Source of the DNA: Gemmatimonadales bacterium
Lineage (GTDB): Bacteria; Gemmatimonadota; Gemmatimonadetes; Gemmatimonadales; GWC2-71-9
DNA length: 64,000 nucleotides
Reading direction: 5' to 3'
Assembly: GCA_035299765.1 (NCBI GenBank)
Contig: DATGVZ010000014.1
Coordinates: forward strand, 11,888-75,887
Part shown: positions 28,110 through 36,336 of the stretch, in pieces
Layout: each line of letters opens with the position of its first letter
How positions within the stretch are numbered: the stretch's first letter is position 1
Made by a program: the position numbers and the translations under genes
Notes under the pieces: generated by a model
What the model saw: the letters and a program-made list of their open reading frames with translations, nothing else
Told to the model about the DNA's origin: nothing
Databases searched by the model: none

Positions 28110-28506
28110 CCCCGGGGCGGCGCCCCGGGGTAAACGGACACCGCCGCGACCTCACGATGTCTGTCCACCCACCACGCGAGCGACACAAACACCCAGCCGA
28201 AGATGATGCCGCCGATCGCGAGCGCGTTCGTGCTCGGGGGCGGTGGTGTAAACAGCGAGCCGTAGTAGCCCAGCGCGAGCAATAACACGAGTGACCAGAG
28301 ACCCCAGCGGCCGATGCCGTCGCGCGCGCGCAGAGTATGAGGAACGGATTCGATCCGCCGACGATGTGTACCTGCTCCCATCCGAGCAGGACGAAGAACG
28401 GCCATAAGAGATCAGCCAGGCTGGGGGCGATGAAGAGGTGGCCCAGGCTCGTGCGTGGGGCCGCGCGCTTGGCGGCGAATCCCAGAGCGTAATGCCCGAT
28501 GAACAC
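28106..28506 (-). pseudogene. decayed membrane-protein gene (internal deletion plus frameshift)
   Basis: One frame from GTG 28506 gives MFIGHYALGFAAKRAAPRTSLGHLFIAPSLADLLWPFFVLLGWEQV.., then degenerates into Arg/Ser-rich sequence. A second frame (99-aa ORF 28106..28405) gives ..RARDGIGRWGLWSLVLLLALGYYGSLFTPPPPS..WWVDRHR. From memory, both resemble the N- and C-terminal ends of one ~190-aa membrane-protein family. The junction is near 28330-28345. Confidence 0.5.
28110..28130. other. perfect GC hairpin (9-bp stem CCCCGGGGC / GCCCCGGGG, 3-nt loop) at a convergent gene junction
   Basis: Read directly from 28110-28118, which pairs with 28122-28130. It begins 1 nt after the aminotransferase stop and lies inside the last codons of the decayed minus-strand gene. 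No U-tract follows. Confidence 0.5.
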
Positions 28507-28525
28507 CGTGAGCCCCCTTAGCCTC

Positions 28526-29005
28526 TTAGTGCCTTAGCCTCTTTAGCAACTGTATTTGTCCGGCGTGGTAAAGATCGTGCGACGCGATGCCATAGATTTC
28601 AGCCTTCAGGCGCCATCGGGAATGCCAGCCGTGTCGCTCGAGCTGCCAAGGATCGAGACCGACGATGGCGCGTCGCAACAAGACATGCTGTTCGTCGAGC
28701 AGCGCGCGGTCGCGCCGCCACGCGGTCTCATTGGTACGGGGAGGAAGGTCCGGCCAATTCGCTCCCCTCCGCGGAAACGAGATCGCCGCATCGCGTAACA
28801 GACGGCGCCGCACCAGGCATTTCCAGTACGCGGTGTGGAGCACCAACTCCCAGATGCAGTGACGCTTGGAGCCCGGTCGCCACAGCGCGTCGCGCACGCT
28901 CACGCCGCGCAGCGTGCCTTTCAGCGGCGTGCCATGCCATGACGGAGCGCGATAGGCCTGATCGAAGACCTCGACCAGCAGCTGCAGGCGCTTGTCCAGC
29001 GTCAG
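28526..29005 (-). CDS. DinB-family (DinB_2-like) four-helix-bundle protein, probable CTG start
   Basis: The canonical ORF (GTG 28903) has ..IWELVLHTAYW.. and HDLYHAGQI. The in-frame upstream sequence TLDKRLQLLVEVFDQAYRAPSWHGTPLKGTLRG looks like the missing first helix. The only start candidate is CTG 29005..29003 (CTGA overlap with the tyrS stop). Conservative coordinates are 28526..28903. Confidence 0.7.
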   Translation of the reverse strand: MTLDKRLQLLVEVFDQAYRAPSWHGTPLKGTLRGVSVRDALWRPGSKRHCIWELVLHTAYWKCLVRRRLLRDAAISFPRRGANWPDLPPRTNETAWRRDRALLDEQHVLLRRAIVGLDPWQLERHGWHSRWRLKAEIYGIASHDLYHAGQIQLLKRLRH

Positions 29006-30267
29006 CCTGCTTTTCTCAGCAGCGCGTATTCCTTCTTGCCTTTGCGCAGCAGGGCGTTACGGCCGGCAATCCAGTCTCCCGGTCCTAGCGTCCGCGCGAC
29101 GTCGTCGATCCGCTGCTGATTCAGATAAATGCCGCCCTGCTCGATCGCCCGGCGCGCTTCATTTTTGGACTTGGCGAGCCCGGCCTGAATCACGGCATCG
29201 ACAATCGTGGTGACCGCAGCTTCCGCCATCGCCGTGGGAATTTCCTGCGCCAGGATGTCGAACACGCGCGCGTCCGCGTTGCGGGACTCTTCCTCGCCGA
29301 ACAGGATTGCGGACGCGCGGACGACGCCGTGGAGCACGTCGGTGCCGTGCACCCGCGTCGTCACATCGACCGCAAGCGCGCGCTGCGCGGGCCTCCCGGC
29401 GGGATCGCGCGTCTGCTGCGCCGCCCAGTCCTCGATTTCGCTGCGCGCCTTCAGCGTGAACAGTTTCAGATATTTCTCGACGTCGCGATCGTCGACGTTG
29501 ATCCAAAACTGGTAGAATTTGTAGGGCGACGTCAGCTGCGGATCGAGGTAAATCGCGCCCGCGTCCGTCTTTCCGAACTTCTGCCCCGACGCCATCGTGA
29601 CGAGCGGCGCGACGAGGGCGTGCACCTCGGCGTTTGCGACCCGGCGAATCAGCTCGCAGCCGGCAGTGATGTTGCCCCACTGATCGCTGCCGCCCACTTG
29701 CAGGGTGCACTGCCGTTCGCGGAACAGATGCAGGAAGTCATACGCTTGCAGCAGCATGTAGCTGAATTCGGTGAACGAGAGCCCGCTCTCGAGACGCGCC
29801 TTCACCGATTCCTTTTGCAGCATGACGTTCACCGTAAAGTGCTTGCCGACGTCGCGCAGGAAATCAATCAGCTTCTGATCGCCGAGCCACTTGGCGTTGT
29901 CGAGCAGTAATGCCGCCGTCGGTCCCGCACCGAATTCGAGAAAGCGCGCCATCTGATCGCGCTGGCGTTGGAGATTCTCGCGGATCTGCTCCTTTGAGAG
30001 CAGCGGCCGCTCGCCGGCTTTCCCCGACGGATCGCCGATCAATCCCGTGCCGCCGCCCATCAGCACGATCGGACGGTTGCCCGCTCGTTGCAGGTTGGCG
30101 AGCAACATGAGGGGCATCAGGTTGCCGAGTTGCAATGACGGAGCAGTCGGATCGAAGCCGCAGTACGCGGTGACCGGGCCCTTGGCGAAATGCGCGGCCA
30201 GGCCCGGCGTTGCCTGTTGGACAAAGCCGCGCCATTCAAGCTCGCGCAGTACGTCTGGGGAGGACAT
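29002..30267 (-). CDS. tyrS: tyrosine--tRNA ligase
   Basis: 421 aa from ATG 30267 (MSSPDVLRELEWRGF..). Contains GFDPTAPSLQLGNL, the KFGKT (KMSKS-type) motif and a C-terminal S4-like domain. The upstream 100 aa of the track ORF are not TyrS-like. Confidence 0.94.
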   Translation of the reverse strand: MSSPDVLRELEWRGFVQQATPGLAAHFAKGPVTAYCGFDPTAPSLQLGNLMPLMLLANLQRAGNRPIVLMGGGTGLIGDPSGKAGERPLLSKEQIRENLQRQRDQMARFLEFGAGPTAALLLDNAKWLGDQKLIDFLRDVGKHFTVNVMLQKESVKARLESGLSFTEFSYMLLQAYDFLHLFRERQCTLQVGGSDQWGNITAGCELIRRVANAEVHALVAPLVTMASGQKFGKTDAGAIYLDPQLTSPYKFYQFWINVDDRDVEKYLKLFTLKARSEIEDWAAQQTRDPAGRPAQRALAVDVTTRVHGTDVLHGVVRASAILFGEEESRNADARVFDILAQEIPTAMAEAAVTTIVDAVIQAGLAKSKNEARRAIEQGGIYLNQQRIDDVARTLGPGDWIAGRNALLRKGKKEYALLRKAG

Positions 30268-30275
30268 GGCGGCGA

Positions 30276-30304
30276 ATCGTAGGGCGAACGTGCGACGCTG
30301 GCAA
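30276..30304 (-). promoter_or_regulatory. promoter candidate TTGCCA-17-TACGAT, 8 nt before tyrS ATG 30267
   Basis: Read directly on the reverse strand. Confidence 0.5.
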
Positions 30305-30327
30305 GCGGACTTCGAGGTCACTAACTT
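30299..30327 (+). promoter_or_regulatory. promoter candidate TGGCAA-17-TAACTT, 9 nt before ATG 30337 (PBP1A operon)
   Basis: Read directly. Its -35 hexamer occupies the same 6 bp as the tyrS -35 on the other strand. Confidence 0.4.
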
Positions 30328-30336
30328 TTGATGCAG

Positions 30337-32544
30337 ATGGCCTCTCTGACACCGCCTCCGAAGCCGACTCCGCCCGCCGCCCAGGTACCTCGCCGCCCGT
30401 TTTTCATCCGGTGGTGGTACGAGCCGGTGCAGCGCAAGCGCGTCTTGGCCGCCACGGCGCTCGCACTGCTGTACGGAACCGGCGTCGCTTACGGCTCGTG
30501 GACACGCGTCTGCGCCGCTGAGCGGTGTCCCAGCATCATGCGGATCAGCCCCGAGCGGAATCCGCAAATCCAGTCATCCAAAGTCTACGCCGCCGATGGC
30601 CGGCTCATCAGCGAGTACGGCATCGAGCACCGCACGGTACTGCCGCTCGACAAGATTCCGGTGTACGTGCGGCAGGCGTTCATCGCCGTCGAGGACAAGC
30701 GCTTCTACGATCACAACGGTATCGACTACTGGCGGATCTTCGGCGCGCTCAAGGCCAACGTGACCTCGCTGCATTACACGCAGGGGTTCTCGACGATCAC
30801 GATGCAGCTCGCGCGCAATGTGTTCCCCGAACATCTCGGCCGTGAGAAGAAGATCGCCCGCAAGCTTCGCGAAGCGCGGGTAGCGGTCGAGCTCGAGCGC
30901 GCCTTCCCCAAGGACACGATCCTCGAGCTGTACCTGAATCAGATCAGCCTCGGCCCCAACGTTTCCGGTGTCGAGGCGGCGGCGCAGGTGTTCTTCGGCA
31001 AATCGGCGCGCGATCTGAACGTCGCCGAAGCAGCGACACTCGCGGCTCTCCCGAAAGCGCCGGGGACATACAATCCTCGCACGCATCCCGACCGGGCCAT
31101 CCGCCGTCGCAACGCGGTGCTGAACCTGATGCGCGATCAGGGATTCCTGAGTCCCGAAGACGACGAGTTCTGGAAGGCGTATCCGCTGGTCCTGACGACC
31201 CGACGGACCAGCTACGGCGACGTGGCGCCCTATTTCGTCGAGTGGTTGCGTTCGACCTTCCTCGAACCGCGCTTCGGCCGCGATCTCTACGAGAAGGGAC
31301 TGCGGATCTACACGACGCTCGACCTCGACTTGCAGGTGGCGGCTGAGCAGGCGCTCGAGTCGCAGCTCGACGAGATAGAGTCGGGCGTGTACTCGAACGG
31401 GAAATTCGAGGGCAAGCCATATCGCGAATACGTCGAAGCCGGTCGCGCAACGCCCGACGATCAGGGACCATTCGCCCCATACCTCCAGGGCGCGCTGCTC
31501 GCGCTCGATGCGCGCACCGGCAACATCCTGGCGATGGTCGGCGGCCGCGATTTCGTCGACTCGAAATGGAATCGCGTGACGCAGTCGGCGCGGCCGCCCG
31601 GCTCCACGTTCAAGCCGTTCGTCTATTCGGCCGCGGTGCGCGCCGGACATCCCGTCACGGAGATGCTCGACGACACGCCGCTGAACCCGCCGGTGATCCA
31701 GCTCGACAGCTCGCTCTGGCAGCCGAAGGACTATGACGACACGACGCTCGGCCCCGTGCCAATGCGCCAGTCGCTCTACCTGTCGCGCAACCTCTCGACG
31801 ATCAAGCTCGGCATGGCGCTGGGTGAGCAGACGGTGATCGGTGAGGCGCGGCGCTACGGAATCACGACGCCGCTGCCGCCCTATCCGTCGATTCACATCG
31901 GCGCGCGCGAAGCGAAGCCGATCGAGCTGATCGCCGCGTATACGGCGTTCGCCAACGGCGGCGTGCGCGTCGATCCGATCGGCATCCAGCGGATCGAGGA
32001 TCGACAAGGCAACATCCTGTACCAGTCGACGGTCAAGCGCGAGCAGGTGCTCGATCCCGAGCACAATTGGCTCATGCTCGACATGATGCGCGACGTGATG
32101 CGCTGCCAGCCGGGGACGGGGCCGCACCGCTGCGGCACCGCGGCCGGCGCCGTCGGCGGCCTGCACATCCCGATGGCCGGCAAGACGGGAACGACGGATG
32201 ATTACACCGACGCCTGGTTCGTCGGATTCACGCCGGAAATCGTGACCGGTATCTGGGTCGGATACGACCTGCAGCGGCGGATCATGAACAACGCCGGCGG
32301 CGGCCGCATCGTCGCGCCGGCGTGGACAAAGTTCATGCGCGACGTGTACGAGCGCCGGCCCGCACCCGCCGATTGGGCACGGCCCGATAATCTCGTGACT
32401 CGGGAGGTCGACTGGTCAAACGGGTTCTTGGCGACGCCATTCTGCCCACTCGAGGTGCGGCGTTGGGAGTGGTTCTATCCGGGCACGGAGCCGACACAGG
32501 TGTGCCAGGTGCACACGCCGTTTGGCGTGGGCGTCACGCCCTAA
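30337..32544 (+). CDS. class A penicillin-binding protein (PBP1A-type transglycosylase/transpeptidase)
   Basis: GT51 motifs (AVEDKRFYDHNGID, STITMQLARN) and transpeptidase motifs (STFKP, SRN, KTGTT). Possible starts are TTG 30328, ATG 30331 and ATG 30337. 30337 fits the promoter geometry. Confidence 0.93.
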   Translation: MASLTPPPKPTPPAAQVPRRPFFIRWWYEPVQRKRVLAATALALLYGTGVAYGSWTRVCAAERCPSIMRISPERNPQIQSSKVYAADGRLISEYGIEHRTVLPLDKIPVYVRQAFIAVEDKRFYDHNGIDYWRIFGALKANVTSLHYTQGFSTITMQLARNVFPEHLGREKKIARKLREARVAVELERAFPKDTILELYLNQISLGPNVSGVEAAAQVFFGKSARDLNVAEAATLAALPKAPGTYNPRTHPDRAIRRRNAVLNLMRDQGFLSPEDDEFWKAYPLVLTTRRTSYGDVAPYFVEWLRSTFLEPRFGRDLYEKGLRIYTTLDLDLQVAAEQALESQLDEIESGVYSNGKFEGKPYREYVEAGRATPDDQGPFAPYLQGALLALDARTGNILAMVGGRDFVDSKWNRVTQSARPPGSTFKPFVYSAAVRAGHPVTEMLDDTPLNPPVIQLDSSLWQPKDYDDTTLGPVPMRQSLYLSRNLSTIKLGMALGEQTVIGEARRYGITTPLPPYPSIHIGAREAKPIELIAAYTAFANGGVRVDPIGIQRIEDRQGNILYQSTVKREQVLDPEHNWLMLDMMRDVMRCQPGTGPHRCGTAAGAVGGLHIPMAGKTGTTDDYTDAWFVGFTPEIVTGIWVGYDLQRRIMNNAGGGRIVAPAWTKFMRDVYERRPAPADWARPDNLVTREVDWSNGFLATPFCPLEVRRWEWFYPGTEPTQVCQVHTPFGVGVTP

Positions 32545-32547
32545 GTC

Positions 32548-33741
32548 TTGCTCCGGATCCGAGCTGGTCGGGTGCATCCCGTCACGGCGCCGCCCATCGA
32601 GGACGGCGCCGTTCTCGTGAATGCGAGCGGGCGGATTTCCGCCGTGGACCACCATTCCCGTGTCCCCATTCCCCCAGACTGTGACGCGCTTGAATTTCCA
32701 GATCACGTATTGGTGCCGGGTCTCGTCAATTGCCACACGCATCTCGAGCTGACGCACCTGGGTGGTGGTGCCCGGCACGACGAGCCGGAGTTCGTCAAAT
32801 GGATCCGCCGCGTTCGCGAGCTCAAGGACGCAACGAGCGCCGAAGCGTTCTACGAGGCGGCGGTCGCGGGAGTGCGCGACTGCTGGACGCGGGGTGTCAC
32901 GTGCATCGCGGAAACGGGCAGCACGGGCGCGGTGATGCACGCGCTGCACGACCTGGCGGGACGGGGAATCGTGTACCAGGAGGTCTTCGGCCCCGATCCG
33001 GCCAAGCGTGACGCGAGCCTGCTCGAGCTCGAGACGGCCGTCCGAGCGCTGAACGGTTTGATGACGTCACAGCTGCGGCTCGGAGTCTCGCCGCACGCTC
33101 CGTACACGGTCAGTGCCCCGTTGTACGAGGCCGTAACCGCCTTCGCGAAGGTGGAACGCTTGCCACTCGCGGTGCACGTCGCCGAATCACGGGACGAAAC
33201 CGCGCTCGTCTGCGATGGAGCCGGCCCCTTTGCCGACGCGTTGCGTGCGCGCGGCATCGCGATCGCGGCACAGCGCTCTTCACCGGTCAGCTACCTCATG
33301 CGACTGGGCGTCCTGCAGCGGGGAACGTTGTGCATTCATTGCGTGCAGATTGATCCGTCGGACGTGCGGTTGCTCCGTGCAGCCGCCGCGTCGGTCGCGC
33401 ACTGCCCACGATCGAATACCGCGCACCGTCACGGCAGTGCACCGCTGCGGCTGCTGCTCGAAGCGGGTGTTCCCGTCGGCCTGGGCACGGACTCCGTGAT
33501 CAGCGTCGGCGACCTGGATCTCTGGAAGGAAGCGGAGGCTGCCGGTTTCACCCGTGACGACGCATTGCGCATGCTGACGATAGAAGGCGCGCGAGCGCTA
33601 GACTGGGACTCGGAAATCGGCTCCCTAGAGGTCGGAAAGGCTGCAGATCTTGCCGTGCTAACCGCCCAACCGCCCAACCGCCCAACCGCGATTCTTACAG
33701 TAGTCAGCGGTCGCATCGTACATCAGATTTCGGGCTCATGA
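32548..33741 (+). CDS. amidohydrolase-superfamily protein (nucleoside/aminofutalosine-deaminase-like)
   Basis: 397 aa. Metal motif GLVNCHTHLE, HCV..., GTDS. Substrate not assignable from sequence alone. Confidence 0.75.
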   Translation: MLRIRAGRVHPVTAPPIEDGAVLVNASGRISAVDHHSRVPIPPDCDALEFPDHVLVPGLVNCHTHLELTHLGGGARHDEPEFVKWIRRVRELKDATSAEAFYEAAVAGVRDCWTRGVTCIAETGSTGAVMHALHDLAGRGIVYQEVFGPDPAKRDASLLELETAVRALNGLMTSQLRLGVSPHAPYTVSAPLYEAVTAFAKVERLPLAVHVAESRDETALVCDGAGPFADALRARGIAIAAQRSSPVSYLMRLGVLQRGTLCIHCVQIDPSDVRLLRAAAASVAHCPRSNTAHRHGSAPLRLLLEAGVPVGLGTDSVISVGDLDLWKEAEAAGFTRDDALRMLTIEGARALDWDSEIGSLEVGKAADLAVLTAQPPNRPTAILTVVSGRIVHQISGS

Positions 33742-34196
33742 AAACCCAGCGGCACGCGGCCATTCTGCGGATCATCCGGCAGGACATGGTGGGTAGCCAG
33801 GAGCAGCTCCGCGAACGATTGAAGGCCGAAGGCTACACCGTGACACAGGCGACGTTGTCGCGCGACATCCGTGAGTTGGGACTTGCCAAGGTCGCCGCAC
33901 CCGACGGGGGCTCGCATTACGCGGCGTCACCGGAAAGCAATCCCGGCGTGCGGCCGCATCTCGAGCAGCTCTTGCCCACGATGCTCGTGTCCGCGGAAGG
34001 CGTCGGTCCGTTGCTGGTGTTGAAGACCACGACGGGCGGCGCGCAGGCATTGGGGCTCGCGCTGGACGGCGCGGGCTGGAGCGAAATCATCGGCACGATC
34101 GCCGGTGACGACGCCATTCTCGTCATCACTCGCAGCGAGCGAGGCCGTCGCGCCGTGCAGGTGCGGCTGCAGGAGCTCGCAGGACTCCCCGCATGA
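33738..34196 (+). CDS. argR: arginine repressor
   Basis: 152 aa. Winged-helix N-terminus (..QEQLRERLKAEGYTVTQATLSRDIRELGL) and a C-terminal oligomerisation/arginine-binding domain with GTIAGDDAILV. Confidence 0.92.
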   Translation: MKTQRHAAILRIIRQDMVGSQEQLRERLKAEGYTVTQATLSRDIRELGLAKVAAPDGGSHYAASPESNPGVRPHLEQLLPTMLVSAEGVGPLLVLKTTTGGAQALGLALDGAGWSEIIGTIAGDDAILVITRSERGRRAVQVRLQELAGLPA

Positions 34197-34939
34197 ACGT
34201 GATTCGGATTCGCACGTCGCTCGTGTCCGCGGTGTTGCTCATCAGCGCGAGTTGCTCGACGCCGCAGCAGCCCGCGCAGCCGGCCCCCACTGCCTCTTCC
34301 GGCAGCACGACGCCGAACACCCTCACCGACAGTGAGCGCGCCGCCGGATGGAAACTCCTCTTCGACGGAAAGACCGGGGCGGGGTGGAGAGGATACCGCC
34401 AACACACGCTGCCAGCGGGTTGGCAGGTCAAGGACGGCGCGTTGACCCGCGTCGCGGAGGCCGGGGACATCATCACCGACGCGCAGTTCAAGAATTTCGA
34501 GCTGGCGCTCGAGTGGAAGATTTCACCGGGTGGCAACAGCGGCATCTTCTATCGCGCGAGTGAAGATAGCGATGCGATCTACTGGAATGCGCCCGAGATG
34601 CAGGTGCTGGACGATGCGAGGCACCCCGACGGCCAATCGCGGATGACGGCAGCCGGCGCGGCCTACGATCTCTATCCTTCGCCTGCCGGCATCGTCAAAC
34701 CGGCGAACGAGTGGAATGCCGTCCGCCTTGTCGTGAACGGCAATCACGTCGAGCAATGGCTCAATGGCGTGAAAGTGGTCGAGTACGAATTCGGTAGTCC
34801 CGATTTTCAGGCGAAGGTGAAGGAGAGCAAATTCGCGCAGCATCCGAACTTTGGCCGCAACTCGGAAGGACACATCGGGCTTCAGGACCACGGTGACGTC
34901 GTAGCCTTCCGCAACATCAAGATCCGGGTACTGCCATGA
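34193..34939 (+). CDS. DUF1080 (3-keto-disaccharide hydrolase-like) lipoprotein
   Basis: 248 aa. Lipobox ISASC. GWKLLFDGKT..WRGY, NSGIFYR, HIGLQDHGD.VAFRNIKI are hallmarks of DUF1080. Confidence 0.85.
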   Translation: MNVIRIRTSLVSAVLLISASCSTPQQPAQPAPTASSGSTTPNTLTDSERAAGWKLLFDGKTGAGWRGYRQHTLPAGWQVKDGALTRVAEAGDIITDAQFKNFELALEWKISPGGNSGIFYRASEDSDAIYWNAPEMQVLDDARHPDGQSRMTAAGAAYDLYPSPAGIVKPANEWNAVRLVVNGNHVEQWLNGVKVVEYEFGSPDFQAKVKESKFAQHPNFGRNSEGHIGLQDHGDVVAFRNIKIRVLP

Positions 34940-36270
34940 GAAAAAAGGGCATTTCGCGGCGTCGCTTCGTCCAACAGGCGGCGAGCGGTGTCGCGTTCAC
35001 GATCGTACCGGCCCACGTTCTGGGCCGCGGCCACGTGCCGCCAAGTGACAAGCTCAACATCGCGTGCATCGGCGTCGGCGGAATGGGCGCGAACGACGTC
35101 CGCGGCGTCGGGAAGACGGAGAACATCTACGCGCTGTGCGACGTCGACGAGCGCCAGGGCGCGCCGTCGTTCGCGGCATTTCCCAAGGCGAAGCGCTACA
35201 AGGATTTTCGCGCGCTGCTCGATAAAGAAGGAAAGAGTATCGATGCCGTCACCGTCTCGACGCCCGACCACACGCACACCGTCGCCGGCATGATGGCGAT
35301 GAAGCTGGGGAAGCATACGCGCATTCAGAAACCGCTGGCACGCACGCTGTGGGAGGTGAAGCAGCTCGAAGAGGCGGCGACGAAGTACAAGGTCGCGACA
35401 CAGATGGGGAATCAGGGCCACGCTGAAGAAGGCACGCGCCAAATCCGCGAATGGGTCGAGGCCGGCGCGATCGGGACGGTCCGCGAGATCCAGCTTTGGA
35501 CCAATCGTCCCATCTGGCCGCAGGCGCTGGACCGGCCGCTCGAGGAGTACTACACGCCGCCCTGGATCGACTGGGACCTGTGGCTCGGCCCCGCTCCCGA
35601 GCGGCCGTACAACCCCGCCTACGCGCCGTTCAAATGGCGCGGCTGGTGGGACTTCGGAACGGGCGCGCTTGGCGACATCGCGTGTCACTCGATGGACGCG
35701 TCGTTCTGGGCGCTCGATCTCGGATATCCCACGCGCATCGAGCCCGAGTCGACGAAGCTGTACGCCGAAACCGCGCCGGCGTGCTCGCGGATCACGTATT
35801 CCTTCGCGGCGAAGGGGAATCGGCCCGAGATCAAAGTCGTGTGGCGCGACGGCAGCCTGTACCCACCGCGGCCCAAGGAGGTTACCGATCCGCTCGCCTG
35901 GCCATTCGATAGCAGCGGCCAGCTCTGGATCGGCGATTCGGGTAAGCTCTTCGCCGGGATCTATGGGGAGAACCCGCGGCTGCTGGATGACGCGAAACAG
36001 GCGGAGATCACGGCCCATCCGCCGGCGCAGAAATATCCGCGCACCGAAGGCGTCTACGCCGAGTGGATCGCGGCGTGCAAGGGCGGCACGCCCGCCGGGT
36101 CGAACATTCCCGGCCACTCCGGCCCGCTCACGGAAATGGTTCTGCTCGGCAACCTGGCGGTGCGCACGGCCCAGGTGCTCGATGTGAATCCGCAGACGGG
36201 GGCCGTGCTCAACGCGACCATCCCGGAGGATTACATCAAGCCCCGCTATAGACCGGGTTGGGGGTGGTGA
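34936..36270 (+). CDS. Gfo/Idh/MocA-family oxidoreductase with Tat signal
   Basis: 444 aa. Twin-arginine leader ISRRRFVQQAA and Rossmann motif IACIGVGGMG. The common DUF1080 plus GFO gene pair. Confidence 0.88.
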   Translation: MRKKGISRRRFVQQAASGVAFTIVPAHVLGRGHVPPSDKLNIACIGVGGMGANDVRGVGKTENIYALCDVDERQGAPSFAAFPKAKRYKDFRALLDKEGKSIDAVTVSTPDHTHTVAGMMAMKLGKHTRIQKPLARTLWEVKQLEEAATKYKVATQMGNQGHAEEGTRQIREWVEAGAIGTVREIQLWTNRPIWPQALDRPLEEYYTPPWIDWDLWLGPAPERPYNPAYAPFKWRGWWDFGTGALGDIACHSMDASFWALDLGYPTRIEPESTKLYAETAPACSRITYSFAAKGNRPEIKVVWRDGSLYPPRPKEVTDPLAWPFDSSGQLWIGDSGKLFAGIYGENPRLLDDAKQAEITAHPPAQKYPRTEGVYAEWIAACKGGTPAGSNIPGHSGPLTEMVLLGNLAVRTAQVLDVNPQTGAVLNATIPEDYIKPRYRPGWGW

Positions 36271-36286
36271 CTACTCAATGGCCTCC

Positions 36287-36316
36287 TTGCGCGGGATCCC
36301 AGTCCCCCTGTATTTT
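36287..36316 (+). promoter_or_regulatory. promoter candidate TTGCGC-18-TATTTT, 11 nt before argG ATG
   Basis: Read directly. AT-rich island in GC-rich DNA. Confidence 0.45.
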
Positions 36317-36336
36317 TATGCACCAATATGCATAAA
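36315..36336. promoter_or_regulatory. perfect inverted repeat TTTATGCA-N6-TGCATAAA; putative ArgR operator (ARG-box-like)
   Basis: The arms 36315-36322 and 36329-36336 are exact reverse complements. The repeat overlaps the -10 element and the argG ATG (36328). argR is encoded 2.1 kb upstream. Confidence 0.5.

Noticed and set aside
28516-28543. A 12-nt direct repeat CCTTAGCCTCTT at 28516-28527 and 28532-28543 spanning the DinB stop codon.
   Set aside because: There are only two copies. One copy encodes the C-terminal LKRLRH of DinB with unusually A/T-ending codons. The other supplies the spacer and AAGGGGG SD for the downstream decayed gene. It most likely reflects a small local duplication, with no array or palindrome structure.
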